Assembly (NCBI GenBank): GCA_965116155.1
Contig: OZ220488.1
Location: 1,496,318 to 1,560,317, forward strand
From: Bdellovibrionales bacterium
GTDB taxonomy: Bacteria; Bdellovibrionota; Bdellovibrionia; Bdellovibrionales; UBA1609
Reading direction: 5' to 3'
DNA length: 64,000 nt
Part shown: one piece after another, positions 1 through 8,831 of the stretch
Position numbering within the stretch: position 1 is the stretch's first letter
Layout of the letters: every line of letters starts with the position of its first letter
The notes under the pieces: model-generated
The model's input: only the letters and a program-made list of their open reading frames with translations
Told to the model about the DNA's origin: nothing
Databases searched by the model: none
Program-made: the position numbers and the translations under genes

Positions 1-286
1 TAGGAGGCTTGGTTCTTGTTGTTATGTCGGTAGATTTGCATGCGCCCCAACCAAGAGCCAGAACCAAAAGCATTACCGTAATGCTTAAAAGCTTTAAGGC
101 CTGTGATTTAAGTTTTAACCCCACAAGGCACTAAGCCTCTTTAAAAGAGAAGGGTTGTGTTTCTGGGTGGGTATGCGCGTATGAGCTTGAGGCGGCTTGC
201 TTACAGGTGCTTTAGATTCTAGAGATTTTAAAGAACCCGCAGCATGGAGTTTATTGTAGCAAGCATGACAAGTATGAGTGGAGTTA

Positions 287-311
287 CCCCCCCCCCCCCC
301 CCCCCCCCCCC
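287..311. repeat. 25-nt homopolymeric C tract (G25 on - strand)
   Basis: Read directly: c at every position 287-311, flanked by gagtta and tatctt. Non-coding DNA downstream of the 518..1066 (-) gene. Confidence 0.95.
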
Positions 312-317
312 TATCTT

Positions 318-353
318 AAAATTAGGCCTAAAATTAGGCCTAGGATTAGGCGC
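318..353. repeat. 12-bp direct repeat x3
   Basis: aaaattaggcct (318-329), aaaattaggcct (330-341), aggattaggcgc (342-353), starting 7 nt after the poly-C tract. Confidence 0.9.
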
Positions 354-517
354 AGGTTGAAGACTAAGGTGGGTACGGTGGCGGAGACTAGGCAAAAAAA
401 TAAAAAAACTCACAGCACTTTATATTTAAACAACTAAAGAACGGTGTTGGTATTTTATTGTTGCCTCCGCAGAATATTGCGGCGTTAGTAGGGCTTTGTC
501 CCACACGCACCAAAGGC

Positions 518-1066
518 CTAGTCTAAAATAACTTCTGCGCGCTCAAATGAGGGCTCTTGTGAGCAGTATAGATCTAGGTCTCTAGCAAAGCGGCGCACCA
601 GCTTGCCTTGAAAGCCAAAGGTCAAGCTATACCCACTACTGCCGGCACTATGCGCATCCACCTGGAGGTGGGACCTGTCATTCGAATAAGGCCAAAAAAC
701 AAATTCGTCCTGGTAGCCTTTGCAGTCAAAATGATGCAGCAGCCCGCGGTTTTTGCTGTTGCCATTGCTCTCGCTAGTGTACCGGCAATAGCCTTCGTCT
801 TCATAGGGATTGTGGCGGCTGTTTTTGCTGATCACACGCAGGCCGTCTTCGCCATGCACGGCCTCAAAAGCGATCTTCATATTAGGCTGCCCATAAGGTG
901 TGCCGCAAAAAAACTCTTTATGTATGTCAAAGGGTGCAACATCATAAAATGCCACGGTCTCAAAGGCAGTATCGGCTACTATTTTAGGTATACGCTCTGT
1001 TGCAAATGCAGCTATAGGCCCCCAAATCGCTCCCAAAAACAAAACCCTAAGCACTGTGCGTACCAT
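518..1066 (-). CDS. hypothetical secreted protein (182 aa)
   Basis: ORF 518..1159. I prefer the ATG at 1066 because AGGAGG precedes it (caggaggggttacttgATG on - strand). N-terminus MVRTVLRVLFLGAIWGPIAAFA looks like a signal peptide. No family recognised. Confidence 0.6.
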   Translation of the reverse strand: MVRTVLRVLFLGAIWGPIAAFATERIPKIVADTAFETVAFYDVAPFDIHKEFFCGTPYGQPNMKIAFEAVHGEDGLRVISKNSRHNPYEDEGYCRYTSESNGNSKNRGLLHHFDCKGYQDEFVFWPYSNDRSHLQVDAHSAGSSGYSLTFGFQGKLVRRFARDLDLYCSQEPSFERAEVILD

Positions 1067-1183
1067 CAAGTAACCCCTCCTGTTATTCAAGCGTTCCCAG
1101 TTATCCTTACCAATTGCATTTATTTTAAGGCCCCAATCGCCCCCATGCACAAGCCACAACGCGCGTTGTTAAAGACTTGGCCG

Positions 1184-2116
1184 TCAAAGCACTTGAGCTA
1201 GGTTTGTAAACTTAAACTCAAAGCCGGCCTTAAGGAGCTTATGGGGCACGGGATTGGGAGAGCTTAATACGAGCTCTTGCATATCGCCCAATAAGCTCCT
1301 AACTGCCCATGCGGGAGCAGGTAGCTGCAAAGGCCTTTGCATGCAGCGCGCCATGGTAGTGGCAAATTCCCGCTGCCGTGTGGCTGCGGGAGAGCTAAGG
1401 TTAACCGCACCGACAAGGTTAGGGTTTTGCAAAATAAACTGCACCGCCCGCACCCAGTCCGCAATGTGGACCCAAGGGACAAAGTGCTCCCCATTCCCAA
1501 TGCGCCCCCCTAAGCCCCATTTGGTGAGTTTTTGCATAAGAGGCAAAAAGCCACCACCCGGCGAAAGCACGGCAGCAGTGCGCAAAAGCACCACCCGCCT
1601 TTTGGGGGCGGATAACTTTAAAGCCTCTTGCTCCCACTTGTGGCACACGGAGCGCAAAAACCCTCCATCACTTGCGGCTTGCGGTAGCACGGTGTCTTCG
1701 GCTTGGCCTTGGTTGAAGCTGTCAGGATATATACCCACACCGGATGCACAAAAAAAGTGCTTAAGATTAGGCGAGGCGCCCAGGTGCTCGTGCAGCACTT
1801 GGGTGCTTTTAATGCGCGAGTCTAAAATGCGTTGTTTTTTACTCTTGGTCCAAGGGAAGCTTGCCAAGCTCTCCCCCGCCAGATGCAGGGCGGTGTCAAA
1901 ACTATGCGCCCACTCGGGGCTCTGCCACAGCTGCCGCCACTTAGCGCCCTCTTGCGGCCAAGCTGCGACTTCATGCACCTCCAGTGTACGCAATTTAGTA
2001 TGGCTAGGCTCGCGCCCCACAGCTGTAATAAAAAGGTGTGGCGATTGTTTTTTTAAAGCCTCAACCAGCGCTGTACCCAGCAACCCGCTTGCACCTGTGA
2101 TAAGTGCTTTTTGCAT
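1184..2116 (-). CDS. yfcH: TIGR01777/YfcH-type NAD-dependent epimerase family protein
   Basis: 310 aa. N-terminal Rossmann motif ITGASGLLG; C-terminal ...KLLKAGFEFKF typical of the DUF1731 tail of this family. Confidence 0.7.
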   Translation of the reverse strand: MQKALITGASGLLGTALVEALKKQSPHLFITAVGREPSHTKLRTLEVHEVAAWPQEGAKWRQLWQSPEWAHSFDTALHLAGESLASFPWTKSKKQRILDSRIKSTQVLHEHLGASPNLKHFFCASGVGIYPDSFNQGQAEDTVLPQAASDGGFLRSVCHKWEQEALKLSAPKRRVVLLRTAAVLSPGGGFLPLMQKLTKWGLGGRIGNGEHFVPWVHIADWVRAVQFILQNPNLVGAVNLSSPAATRQREFATTMARCMQRPLQLPAPAWAVRSLLGDMQELVLSSPNPVPHKLLKAGFEFKFTNLAQVL

Positions 2117-2119
2117 AGT

Positions 2120-2785
2120 CTAAACGAGGCCTGCAAACTCTTTTGTTGCAGCACTAATGCCTGAAAACACCTCAAACGCACTTGCCTCGCCATAAAGGTA
2201 AGCGGGCGTGCAAACCAAACGCCGCTCGCGGTCTGTTAAAAAATCCTTCACTCCGCAAGGGCTGTGCGTAGCGCCGGTTTTTTCTAACTCTTGCGATAGC
2301 TCACCTTCGGCGCCCACACTTAAAGTGGGCGCGTGCCGCCCCAATACGCGGCCCAAAAGCACAGGCGCTACACAAATAGCCAAAATAGGCCTTTCGTTTT
2401 GGTGCATAAACTCTATGGCTTTGCGCACCTCAGGCATAATGTCACACGAGGCGCCTTTTTCTGCCCAATCCGACAAATGCAAAGCCGCGCCATAACCTCC
2501 CGGAAACACCAGCCCACTAAACTTAGACGCATCCAACGCCGCTAAGGGCTTCACTTGCCCTCTGGCGATGCGAGCCGACTCGTGCAAAGTGTTGCGCTCT
2601 TGTGGAGTGTGTGCCGGTTGCTCTGCTTCCATATGTGGCACGGGTTTAAAATTTTTGCTAGGCGCAAAGCACTCCATTTGCAAGCCTTGCTGCCCCAAGG
2701 CTATCATTGCACTTACGCTTTCTGTAATTTCAGCCCCATCCAAATAACCACAACCTGAAAGTATAACCGCTACCGGTTTATCCAT
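2120..2785 (-). CDS. elbB: ElbB-like DJ-1/PfpI superfamily protein
   Basis: 221 aa starting KPVAVILSGCGYLDGAEITESV, with GGYGAA and ICVAP blocks as in ElbB. Abuts the aconitase stop, so operonic. Confidence 0.7.
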   Translation of the reverse strand: MDKPVAVILSGCGYLDGAEITESVSAMIALGQQGLQMECFAPSKNFKPVPHMEAEQPAHTPQERNTLHESARIARGQVKPLAALDASKFSGLVFPGGYGAALHLSDWAEKGASCDIMPEVRKAIEFMHQNERPILAICVAPVLLGRVLGRHAPTLSVGAEGELSQELEKTGATHSPCGVKDFLTDRERRLVCTPAYLYGEASAFEVFSGISAATKEFAGLV

Positions 2786-5122
2786 TTATGCCTCCTTATG
2801 AGAGTGCTTGGCTTTTTGTGCATTAAGTGCCGAGCCATGATGGAACCACAGCACCTGCTCGGGGTTAAGGCTGTGCGCACATACCACTCGGTGTACTTGT
2901 TCACAGGGCACTTGTTCGCTGGGTGCTTGTTGCTCTTGAGTAGGGGCCGTGCGTGTTTGCACTATGAGCTCTACATTTTTACCCGGTTCAATGCCTTCGA
3001 CCTCCCGAACACTCACATGGCTTTGGGCTGCAAACAAATCGTAATCCTCTGGTTGAGTAAATACCAGCGGCAGTATGCCTTGTTTTTTTAAGTTGGTCTC
3101 ATGGATGCGTGCAAAGCTTTTGGCCAAAACCATAAGGCAGCCCAAAAAACGGGGCGACATAGCCGCATGCTCGCGGCTAGAGCCCTCGCCGTAGTTGTCT
3201 TCTCCCACAATCATCCACGACACCCTTGCAGCCTGATAAGACCGCGCCACCTGAGCATAGGCCTGATCCGCCTGACCCGTAATAAGGTTCAGCGTCGTAC
3301 CACGCTCTTTGGTCCACGCATTGGTAGCGCCCGAAAGCATATTGTCCGAAATATTATCCAAATGCCCCCTAAACCTCAGCCACGAGCCTGCAGGCGAAAT
3401 GTGATCCGTAGTGCACTTGCCCTCAACTTTAAACACACGCACGTCGCTCCACCGCTCACTCTCTAGGGGTTTAAAGTTTTTTAATTTTTGCAAGCGCCGC
3501 GAGTGGGGGTCGATTTTAACCTCTGGTGCCGCGCTGTCATTTGTGCTTCCATCTTCTTTTGCGCCAGAAGTAAAAAAACTAAAATCCGACAAAAACCCCT
3601 TCTCTGGTAACTCGGGCGCCTCAGGTGGCAATAACTTAAGCCCGGGCTGAAGCTCGTCTGTTAAGGGGTTAAAATCCAAACGCCCAGCAAGGCCAATGGC
3701 CATGGTGATTTCTGGGCTGGCTAAAAAAGACAAAGTCTCAGGGTTGGCGTCATTGCGCCCTCGAAAGTTGCGATTAAAACTGCTTATAATAGTGTTAACC
3801 TGCCCACGCTTAAAATTGTCACGCCTCCATTGACCAATGCAAGGCCCGCAGGCATTGGCTAAAACCGTGGCCCCAACCTGCTCTAAAGTTTGCATATAGC
3901 CATCACGTTGTATGGTTTTTTTAATTTGCATACTGCCAGGCGAAAGCATAAAAACCTGAGGCATTTTAACCCCAGCCTCCAAAGCCTGCTTGGCCACATG
4001 CACGGCCCTCCCGATATCTTCGTACGAGCTATTGGTGCAAGACCCCACCAAAGCTGCCGAAAGCTCCAAAGGCCACTTATGCTTTTGTGCTGCGGCTTTT
4101 AGTTCGCTCACAGGCCGCGCAGCATCAGGAGAGTGCGGCCCCACCACATAAGGCTCCAGAGAGCTAAGGTCGATCTCAATCACTTCGTCATAAAAATTAT
4201 GCGGATCCTGCAAAACCTCAGCATCCGCACAAAGCTGCTCTTGGTGCTCCTGGGCCAAAAGCGCCACATGCTCCCTTTGGGTTGCCTTAAGGTAACGCTG
4301 CATGCTGCTGTCCCAAGGGAACACCGAACAAGTGGCTCCCAGCTCGGCTCCCATATTAGTAATGGTGCCCTTGCCTGTGCAGCTGATGCTCTCACAGCCG
4401 GGTCCGAAGTATTCAATAATTTTGTTAGTACCCCCCTTGACCGTCATAAGGCCGCACAACTTAAGAATAATATCCTTAGGCGCGCTCCAGCCACTAAGGC
4501 TGCCTTTAAGGTGCACTCCTACGATCCAAGGCTGCTTAACCTCCCAAGGCAGCGCCGCCATAACCTCTGCAGCATCAGCTCCTCCCACACCGATAGCAAG
4601 CATGCCCAAGCCTCCCGCATTGGGAGTGTGCGAATCGGTGCCCAGCAATAAGCCTCCGGGGAAGGCGTAGTTCTCCAAAACCACCTGGTGGATAATGCCA
4701 CTGCCAGGCCCCCAAAAATCCAAGCCATACACTTTAGAAGCAGAGCTTAAAAAATTATACACCTCATTGTGCTGCAAACGCGCTTGCACCAGGTCATCGC
4801 TTTCGCCTCGGTAAGCTTGAATCAAATGGTCACAGTGCACCGAGCTGGGTACAGCGGTTTGTTTTTGCCCTGCAAGCATAAACTGTAACAAAGCCATTTG
4901 TGCCGTGGCATCTTGCAAAGCCACTCGGTCAGGCCACAGCTTCAAAAAAGCCTTGCCACGTTCAAAGGGTTGCTGAGGGTCCTGCAGATGCGAAAAAAGT
5001 ATCTTCTCACTCAAGCACAAAGGGCGCCTCAGTCGCGCCCGCACCCCCTGCAGCTGCTCCCTTTTATGGGTGTAGGTTTTTTTTAAAGCGTCTTTATCTA
5101 GCCCTCTAAAAACAAGAGACAT
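2786..5122 (-). CDS. acnA: aconitate hydratase, mitochondrial-type (778 aa)
   Basis: Motifs VHCDHLIQA, GTDSHTPNAGGLG, VGSCTNSSYEDI, NACGPCIGQW, SFNRNFRGRNDANPET. Length and motifs match the ~780-aa mitochondrial-type enzyme rather than the ~890-aa AcnA or AcnB. Confidence 0.9.
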   Translation of the reverse strand: MSLVFRGLDKDALKKTYTHKREQLQGVRARLRRPLCLSEKILFSHLQDPQQPFERGKAFLKLWPDRVALQDATAQMALLQFMLAGQKQTAVPSSVHCDHLIQAYRGESDDLVQARLQHNEVYNFLSSASKVYGLDFWGPGSGIIHQVVLENYAFPGGLLLGTDSHTPNAGGLGMLAIGVGGADAAEVMAALPWEVKQPWIVGVHLKGSLSGWSAPKDIILKLCGLMTVKGGTNKIIEYFGPGCESISCTGKGTITNMGAELGATCSVFPWDSSMQRYLKATQREHVALLAQEHQEQLCADAEVLQDPHNFYDEVIEIDLSSLEPYVVGPHSPDAARPVSELKAAAQKHKWPLELSAALVGSCTNSSYEDIGRAVHVAKQALEAGVKMPQVFMLSPGSMQIKKTIQRDGYMQTLEQVGATVLANACGPCIGQWRRDNFKRGQVNTIISSFNRNFRGRNDANPETLSFLASPEITMAIGLAGRLDFNPLTDELQPGLKLLPPEAPELPEKGFLSDFSFFTSGAKEDGSTNDSAAPEVKIDPHSRRLQKLKNFKPLESERWSDVRVFKVEGKCTTDHISPAGSWLRFRGHLDNISDNMLSGATNAWTKERGTTLNLITGQADQAYAQVARSYQAARVSWMIVGEDNYGEGSSREHAAMSPRFLGCLMVLAKSFARIHETNLKKQGILPLVFTQPEDYDLFAAQSHVSVREVEGIEPGKNVELIVQTRTAPTQEQQAPSEQVPCEQVHRVVCAHSLNPEQVLWFHHGSALNAQKAKHSHKEA

Positions 5123-5277
5123 ACTTTTTCCTCACAAGACCTTCCAGTGGGGAGGCAGACCAAAGGCGCACCTAGCCCATTTTTAGAAGCTTTGCCATTT
5201 TGGTGGTGGCTGTTTTTAAGCCGTCTGTTTGCAGTATAGGCGAGCTTTGTGGGACTTTACAAACGAGCTCTTAAGGC

Positions 5278-5320
5278 AAAAAAAAGGCGACCTGGAGGGG
5301 GTAAGGGGGACCAGGCCGCC
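5278..5320 (-). terminator. intrinsic-terminator-like hairpin plus U8 on the - strand, no annotated upstream gene
   Basis: - strand reads ggcggcctgg-(15 nt loop)-ccaggtcgcc-tttttttt. Stem is 10 bp (9 WC + 1 GU). The loop is large, so this is weak. Confidence 0.3.
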
Positions 5321-5530
5321 AAAAGAGACTAAATTAATCAACGCTCCGTGCGTGGTAACAACAATCAAGAGGCCTACCAGCACGAGAACAAAACATACTT
5401 AAAGGCTTTTTGCCCTGTGTGCCAGGTTTTTCTATTCAATTAAAAAATTTATAGGCTTTTTTAACTCTGTGCAGCATTTGGGGCTTATCAAAGGCGTATT
5501 GAGGGCTTATGGGGTATACGAAAGCTATCT

Positions 5531-6862
5531 ATGTTTACGGGCATTGTAGAGGCTAGGGCTCAAATTAAGCAGGTGCTGTGGGCTGAGCCAGGAGCTGGGG
5601 CGCGTATTGTGGTGGAGCGCCCACGGGCTTTTGGGCATGCGGTGGGGGCTGTGAGCCCGGGAGATTCCATTAGTATCAACGGGGCCTGTTTGACCTTGGA
5701 GAGCTGCACGGTAGAGGATATGCAGTTTTTCATCAGTGGGCACACTTTGGCCGTGACGGGTTGGGAGCCCAAGCTCTTGCAGGTGGTCAATATGGAGCGG
5801 GCTTGTACTGTGTCCCATGCGCGCCTGGGTGGTCACATGGTAACAGGCCATGCCGATGGGGGGTTAAGGCTTATCAAAGTAGAGCCCCAGGGCGAAGCGC
5901 GCGAACTGCATTTTGCGTTACCTACTGCCACGCACTACCGCAGGCTTATTATGCCCCAAGGGAGTGTGTGTTTAAATGGCGTGAGCCTTACGGTGGCGGC
6001 GGTTAAGGAGCGGAGCTTTAGCGTATGTGTGGTGCCGCACACCTTGGCTCATACCAACCTGGGGGGACTAAAAGCGCAAGACTCTGTCGTGGTCGAGTAC
6101 GACAGGGAGGCAAAATTTTGCACCCATCAAGCACGTCCTGCAGTGCCTGCATCTTCCCAGGGACACACTGCTTTGGTTGAGGACCTGGTGCAAGATATGC
6201 AAAAAGGGCAAATGGTGATCTTGGTGGACGATGAAGCCCGCGAAAACGAAGGCGACCTCGTGATAGCGGCACAGTTTGTGAGCGCTGCTGTGGTGAATTT
6301 TATTTTAACCCACGCTCGAGGGATGATGTGTTTGGCTATGGCTCCGGCGCAGGCAAAAAAGCTCAAGCTCCCGCTGATGATTCCAGAGGAGCAAAACCAA
6401 AGCGCGCACAAAACGGCTTTTACTTTGAGCTTTGAGGCAGCTAAGGGGGTGAGTACGGGTATTAGCGCTGCGGATAGGGCAAGGAGCATTTTGGCGGCTT
6501 CTAACCCTAGGGCTGTAGCGGGCGATGTGATTTCTCCCGGGCACATGTTTGGTCTTATAGAGCACTCCGGTGGCGTGCTAGCGAGAGCCGGGCATACGGA
6601 GGCGAGCTTGGCTTTAGCGCGCTTGGCGGGTCTTGAGCCGGCGTGTGTTATTTGTGAGGTGCTTTTGCCTTCGGGCGAAATGGCGCGCTTGCCGGAACTT
6701 ATGCAGTTTGGTGCGCAGCATGGCATCAAGGTGGGTAGAATTGATCAAATAATAGAGCACCTTAATGTTTTTTCTGTCCCCGGGCCTGTTCCCGGTTCTG
6801 CTCCAAGGCTAACAGCCCGCCAAGCGCCTGCGCTTTATACAAAGGCACCTTATGCAGACTAA
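5531..6862 (+). CDS. ribE/ribB: fusion protein: riboflavin synthase (RibE) + 3,4-dihydroxy-2-butanone-4-phosphate synthase (RibB)
   Basis: N-terminal ~195 aa MFTGIVE...INGACLT...LNGVSLTV (two RibE barrels). C-terminal half MVILVDDEARENEGDLVIAAQ...GHTEASLALARLAG is DHBP synthase. No GTP cyclohydrolase II domain follows. Confidence 0.85.
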   Translation: MFTGIVEARAQIKQVLWAEPGAGARIVVERPRAFGHAVGAVSPGDSISINGACLTLESCTVEDMQFFISGHTLAVTGWEPKLLQVVNMERACTVSHARLGGHMVTGHADGGLRLIKVEPQGEARELHFALPTATHYRRLIMPQGSVCLNGVSLTVAAVKERSFSVCVVPHTLAHTNLGGLKAQDSVVVEYDREAKFCTHQARPAVPASSQGHTALVEDLVQDMQKGQMVILVDDEARENEGDLVIAAQFVSAAVVNFILTHARGMMCLAMAPAQAKKLKLPLMIPEEQNQSAHKTAFTLSFEAAKGVSTGISAADRARSILAASNPRAVAGDVISPGHMFGLIEHSGGVLARAGHTEASLALARLAGLEPACVICEVLLPSGEMARLPELMQFGAQHGIKVGRIDQIIEHLNVFSVPGPVPGSAPRLTARQAPALYTKAPYAD

Positions 6863-7343
6863 CACTTGCGCGCTAAAACCTTTGCAGCATGTGCCTCAGC
6901 ACATTTCTCATCTTAAGATGGGCATAGTGTGCGCGGAGTTTAACGCGCCTATTACGAGCAAACTGTTATCGCAAGCGCGTAAGGCCTTGGATGACATCCA
7001 GTGGCCCGCGCAAAATCGTGTGCAGTTAAAAGTGCCCGGTGGCTGCGAGCTGCCTTTGGGCTTGCATTGGTTGTGCACGTATTACAAAGTAGATGCTGCT
7101 GTGGTTTTGGGAGCAGTTATTAAGGGCGAGAGCGCGCATTTTGATTGGGTTTGTAAAACTGTGCAGGAAGGTTGCCTGAAAATTCAGCTACAGAACAATT
7201 GTCCTTTAGGCTTTGGGGTACTTACGGTGTATAGCCAAAGCCAGGCTGAGCAGCGCGTTTATGCGGGCACGCAGGCAGTGCATGCGGCTTTAAGTATGTT
7301 AGATATTAAGCTTGCAGCCCAAAAGGGAGCCTCCAATGCCTAA
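6852..7343 (+). CDS. ribH: 6,7-dimethyl-8-ribityllumazine synthase
   Basis: 163 aa. GIVCAEFNAPITSKLL and GAVIKGESAHFDWVC blocks. Overlaps the upstream gene by 11 nt. Confidence 0.85.
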   Translation: MQTNTCALKPLQHVPQHISHLKMGIVCAEFNAPITSKLLSQARKALDDIQWPAQNRVQLKVPGGCELPLGLHWLCTYYKVDAAVVLGAVIKGESAHFDWVCKTVQEGCLKIQLQNNCPLGFGVLTVYSQSQAEQRVYAGTQAVHAALSMLDIKLAAQKGASNA

Positions 7344-8649
7344 AACTTTACGCTCGGATATTTGTTTTATGTCGCGTGGTTTTTTTAACACCTTGCGCGA
7401 GGCACCACATGATGCAGACCTGGTTAGCCACAAGCTTTTGGTGCGTGGGGGTTATATGCACCGGGTGGGTCAGGGGGTTTTTGTGTATGGTCCATTGCTT
7501 TTAAAAAGCATGCGCAAGCTAGAAGATATTGTGCGAGAAGAGCTAGAAACCCGCGGCGCCCAAGAGGTGCTTATGCCTATGGTGCAGCCTGCGCGCTTGT
7601 GGAAACAGTCGGGGCGTTGGGACCAAATGGACGCTTGCTTGTTAAGATTTAAAAACCGCTTGCGTCAGGATTATTGTTTGGGCCCTACGCATGAAGAGGT
7701 GGTGAGCGATTATATAAAACCAGGCCTAAAAAGTTGGAGGGATTTTCCAAAAACTGTTTACCAAATACAAACCAAGTACCGCGATGAAATCCGTCCGCGT
7801 TTTGGTCTTATGAGGGGTAGAGAGTTTTTAATGAAAGACGCCTACAGCTTTGATGTGTCTAAGGCAGATGCTCTTAAAAGCTACAAGCGGATGTTTGAGG
7901 CTTATGCCGCTATTTTTGGTCGCTTGGGTGTAGAGACGCGCCATGTGGATGCAGACTCTGGCGACATAGGGGGGGATTATTCGCAGGAGTTTCACGTGCT
8001 GGCAGAGCGTGGTGAGAGTGAGCTTTTGGTGAGCACGGAGCCAGGAGGCTTTGCGGCTAATGTTGAGACCTGCCCTAATCTGCGTGCAGGGGATGCAGCG
8101 CCAGGCGGCAAAGGGCACGTGCTTAAAAGTGTGCGAGGCATAGAGGTGGGGCATGTTTTTTATTTAGGCACAAAATACGCGCGCAGCATGGGGGTGCAGT
8201 TTTTAGACCCTAAGGGACAAAAATGTTTCGCTGAAATGGGCTGCTACGGCATTGGTGTGACCCGCACTCTGCAGGCGGTGGTGGAGCAAAGCCACGACGC
8301 TAAGGGTATTGTGTGGCCCAAAGCCTTGGCTCCCTACGATGTGCATGTGTGTTTGCTAGACCCTGAGAGTGGACTTTGCCAAAAAGTGCTAAAAGAGTTT
8401 TTAGCAAAGGCTGAGGCAGAGGGGTGGAGTGTGCTAGTGGACGACCGTGCCGCCAACCCAGGGGTAAAATTTAAAGACGCAGATCTGTTGGGATTGCCAC
8501 TGCGGGTTAATTTAGGTGAGCGAGGCCTTAAAAACTCACAGCAAAATCAGCAGTGTGAAATTATTTTAAGGTCACAGCAAGAGCGTTACCCTTGCTCGGC
8601 AGATGGGCTTTTTGACACGGCGTTAGAGCAGCTTAAGGGCGCTAAATAA
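7336..8649 (+). CDS. proS: proline--tRNA ligase, bacterial type lacking the INS editing domain
   Basis: TLREAPHDADLVSHKLLVRGGY, GPTHEEV, QTKYRDEIRPRFGLMRGREFLMKDAYSF, RGIEVGHVFYLGTKY. Start is uncertain: ATG 7336 has a GGGAG RBS; alternatives are 7312 and 7369. Confidence 0.85.
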   Translation: MPKTLRSDICFMSRGFFNTLREAPHDADLVSHKLLVRGGYMHRVGQGVFVYGPLLLKSMRKLEDIVREELETRGAQEVLMPMVQPARLWKQSGRWDQMDACLLRFKNRLRQDYCLGPTHEEVVSDYIKPGLKSWRDFPKTVYQIQTKYRDEIRPRFGLMRGREFLMKDAYSFDVSKADALKSYKRMFEAYAAIFGRLGVETRHVDADSGDIGGDYSQEFHVLAERGESELLVSTEPGGFAANVETCPNLRAGDAAPGGKGHVLKSVRGIEVGHVFYLGTKYARSMGVQFLDPKGQKCFAEMGCYGIGVTRTLQAVVEQSHDAKGIVWPKALAPYDVHVCLLDPESGLCQKVLKEFLAKAEAEGWSVLVDDRAANPGVKFKDADLLGLPLRVNLGERGLKNSQQNQQCEIILRSQQERYPCSADGLFDTALEQLKGAK

Positions 8650-8831
8650 AAACACTTACATATCTTCAAGCAAAATCGAATATTGCGTGCCTGCGTATTT
8701 GCGAATCGCGCTAAATCGCGTGGGGTGTGTTTTTTTTTCAGGCTTTTTAGCTGCTTAAGTCTCAAGAGGTTACTATTGTGTGCATACGAATACGCATAGA
8801 TAGTACTAAAAAATAGGTAAGGAGTATCAAA

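Noticed and set aside
228-413. 61-aa ORF containing a poly-Gly run
   Set aside because: It exists only because the G25/C25 homopolymer is read through. The rest is low-complexity PN.RPNF from the 12-bp repeats, and there is no RBS.
608-2123. Long + strand ORFs 608-1201 and 1254-2123 opposite annotated - strand genes
   Set aside because: The - strand frames carry recognisable features: a signal peptide with AGGAGG, and the Rossmann GASGLLG of the epimerase. The + strand translations are Cys/Arg-rich with no motifs.
5123-5530. FMN (RFN) riboswitch upstream of the riboflavin genes
   Set aside because: I looked for the conserved RFN core segments and did not find them by eye. A covariance-model scan would be needed to be sure.
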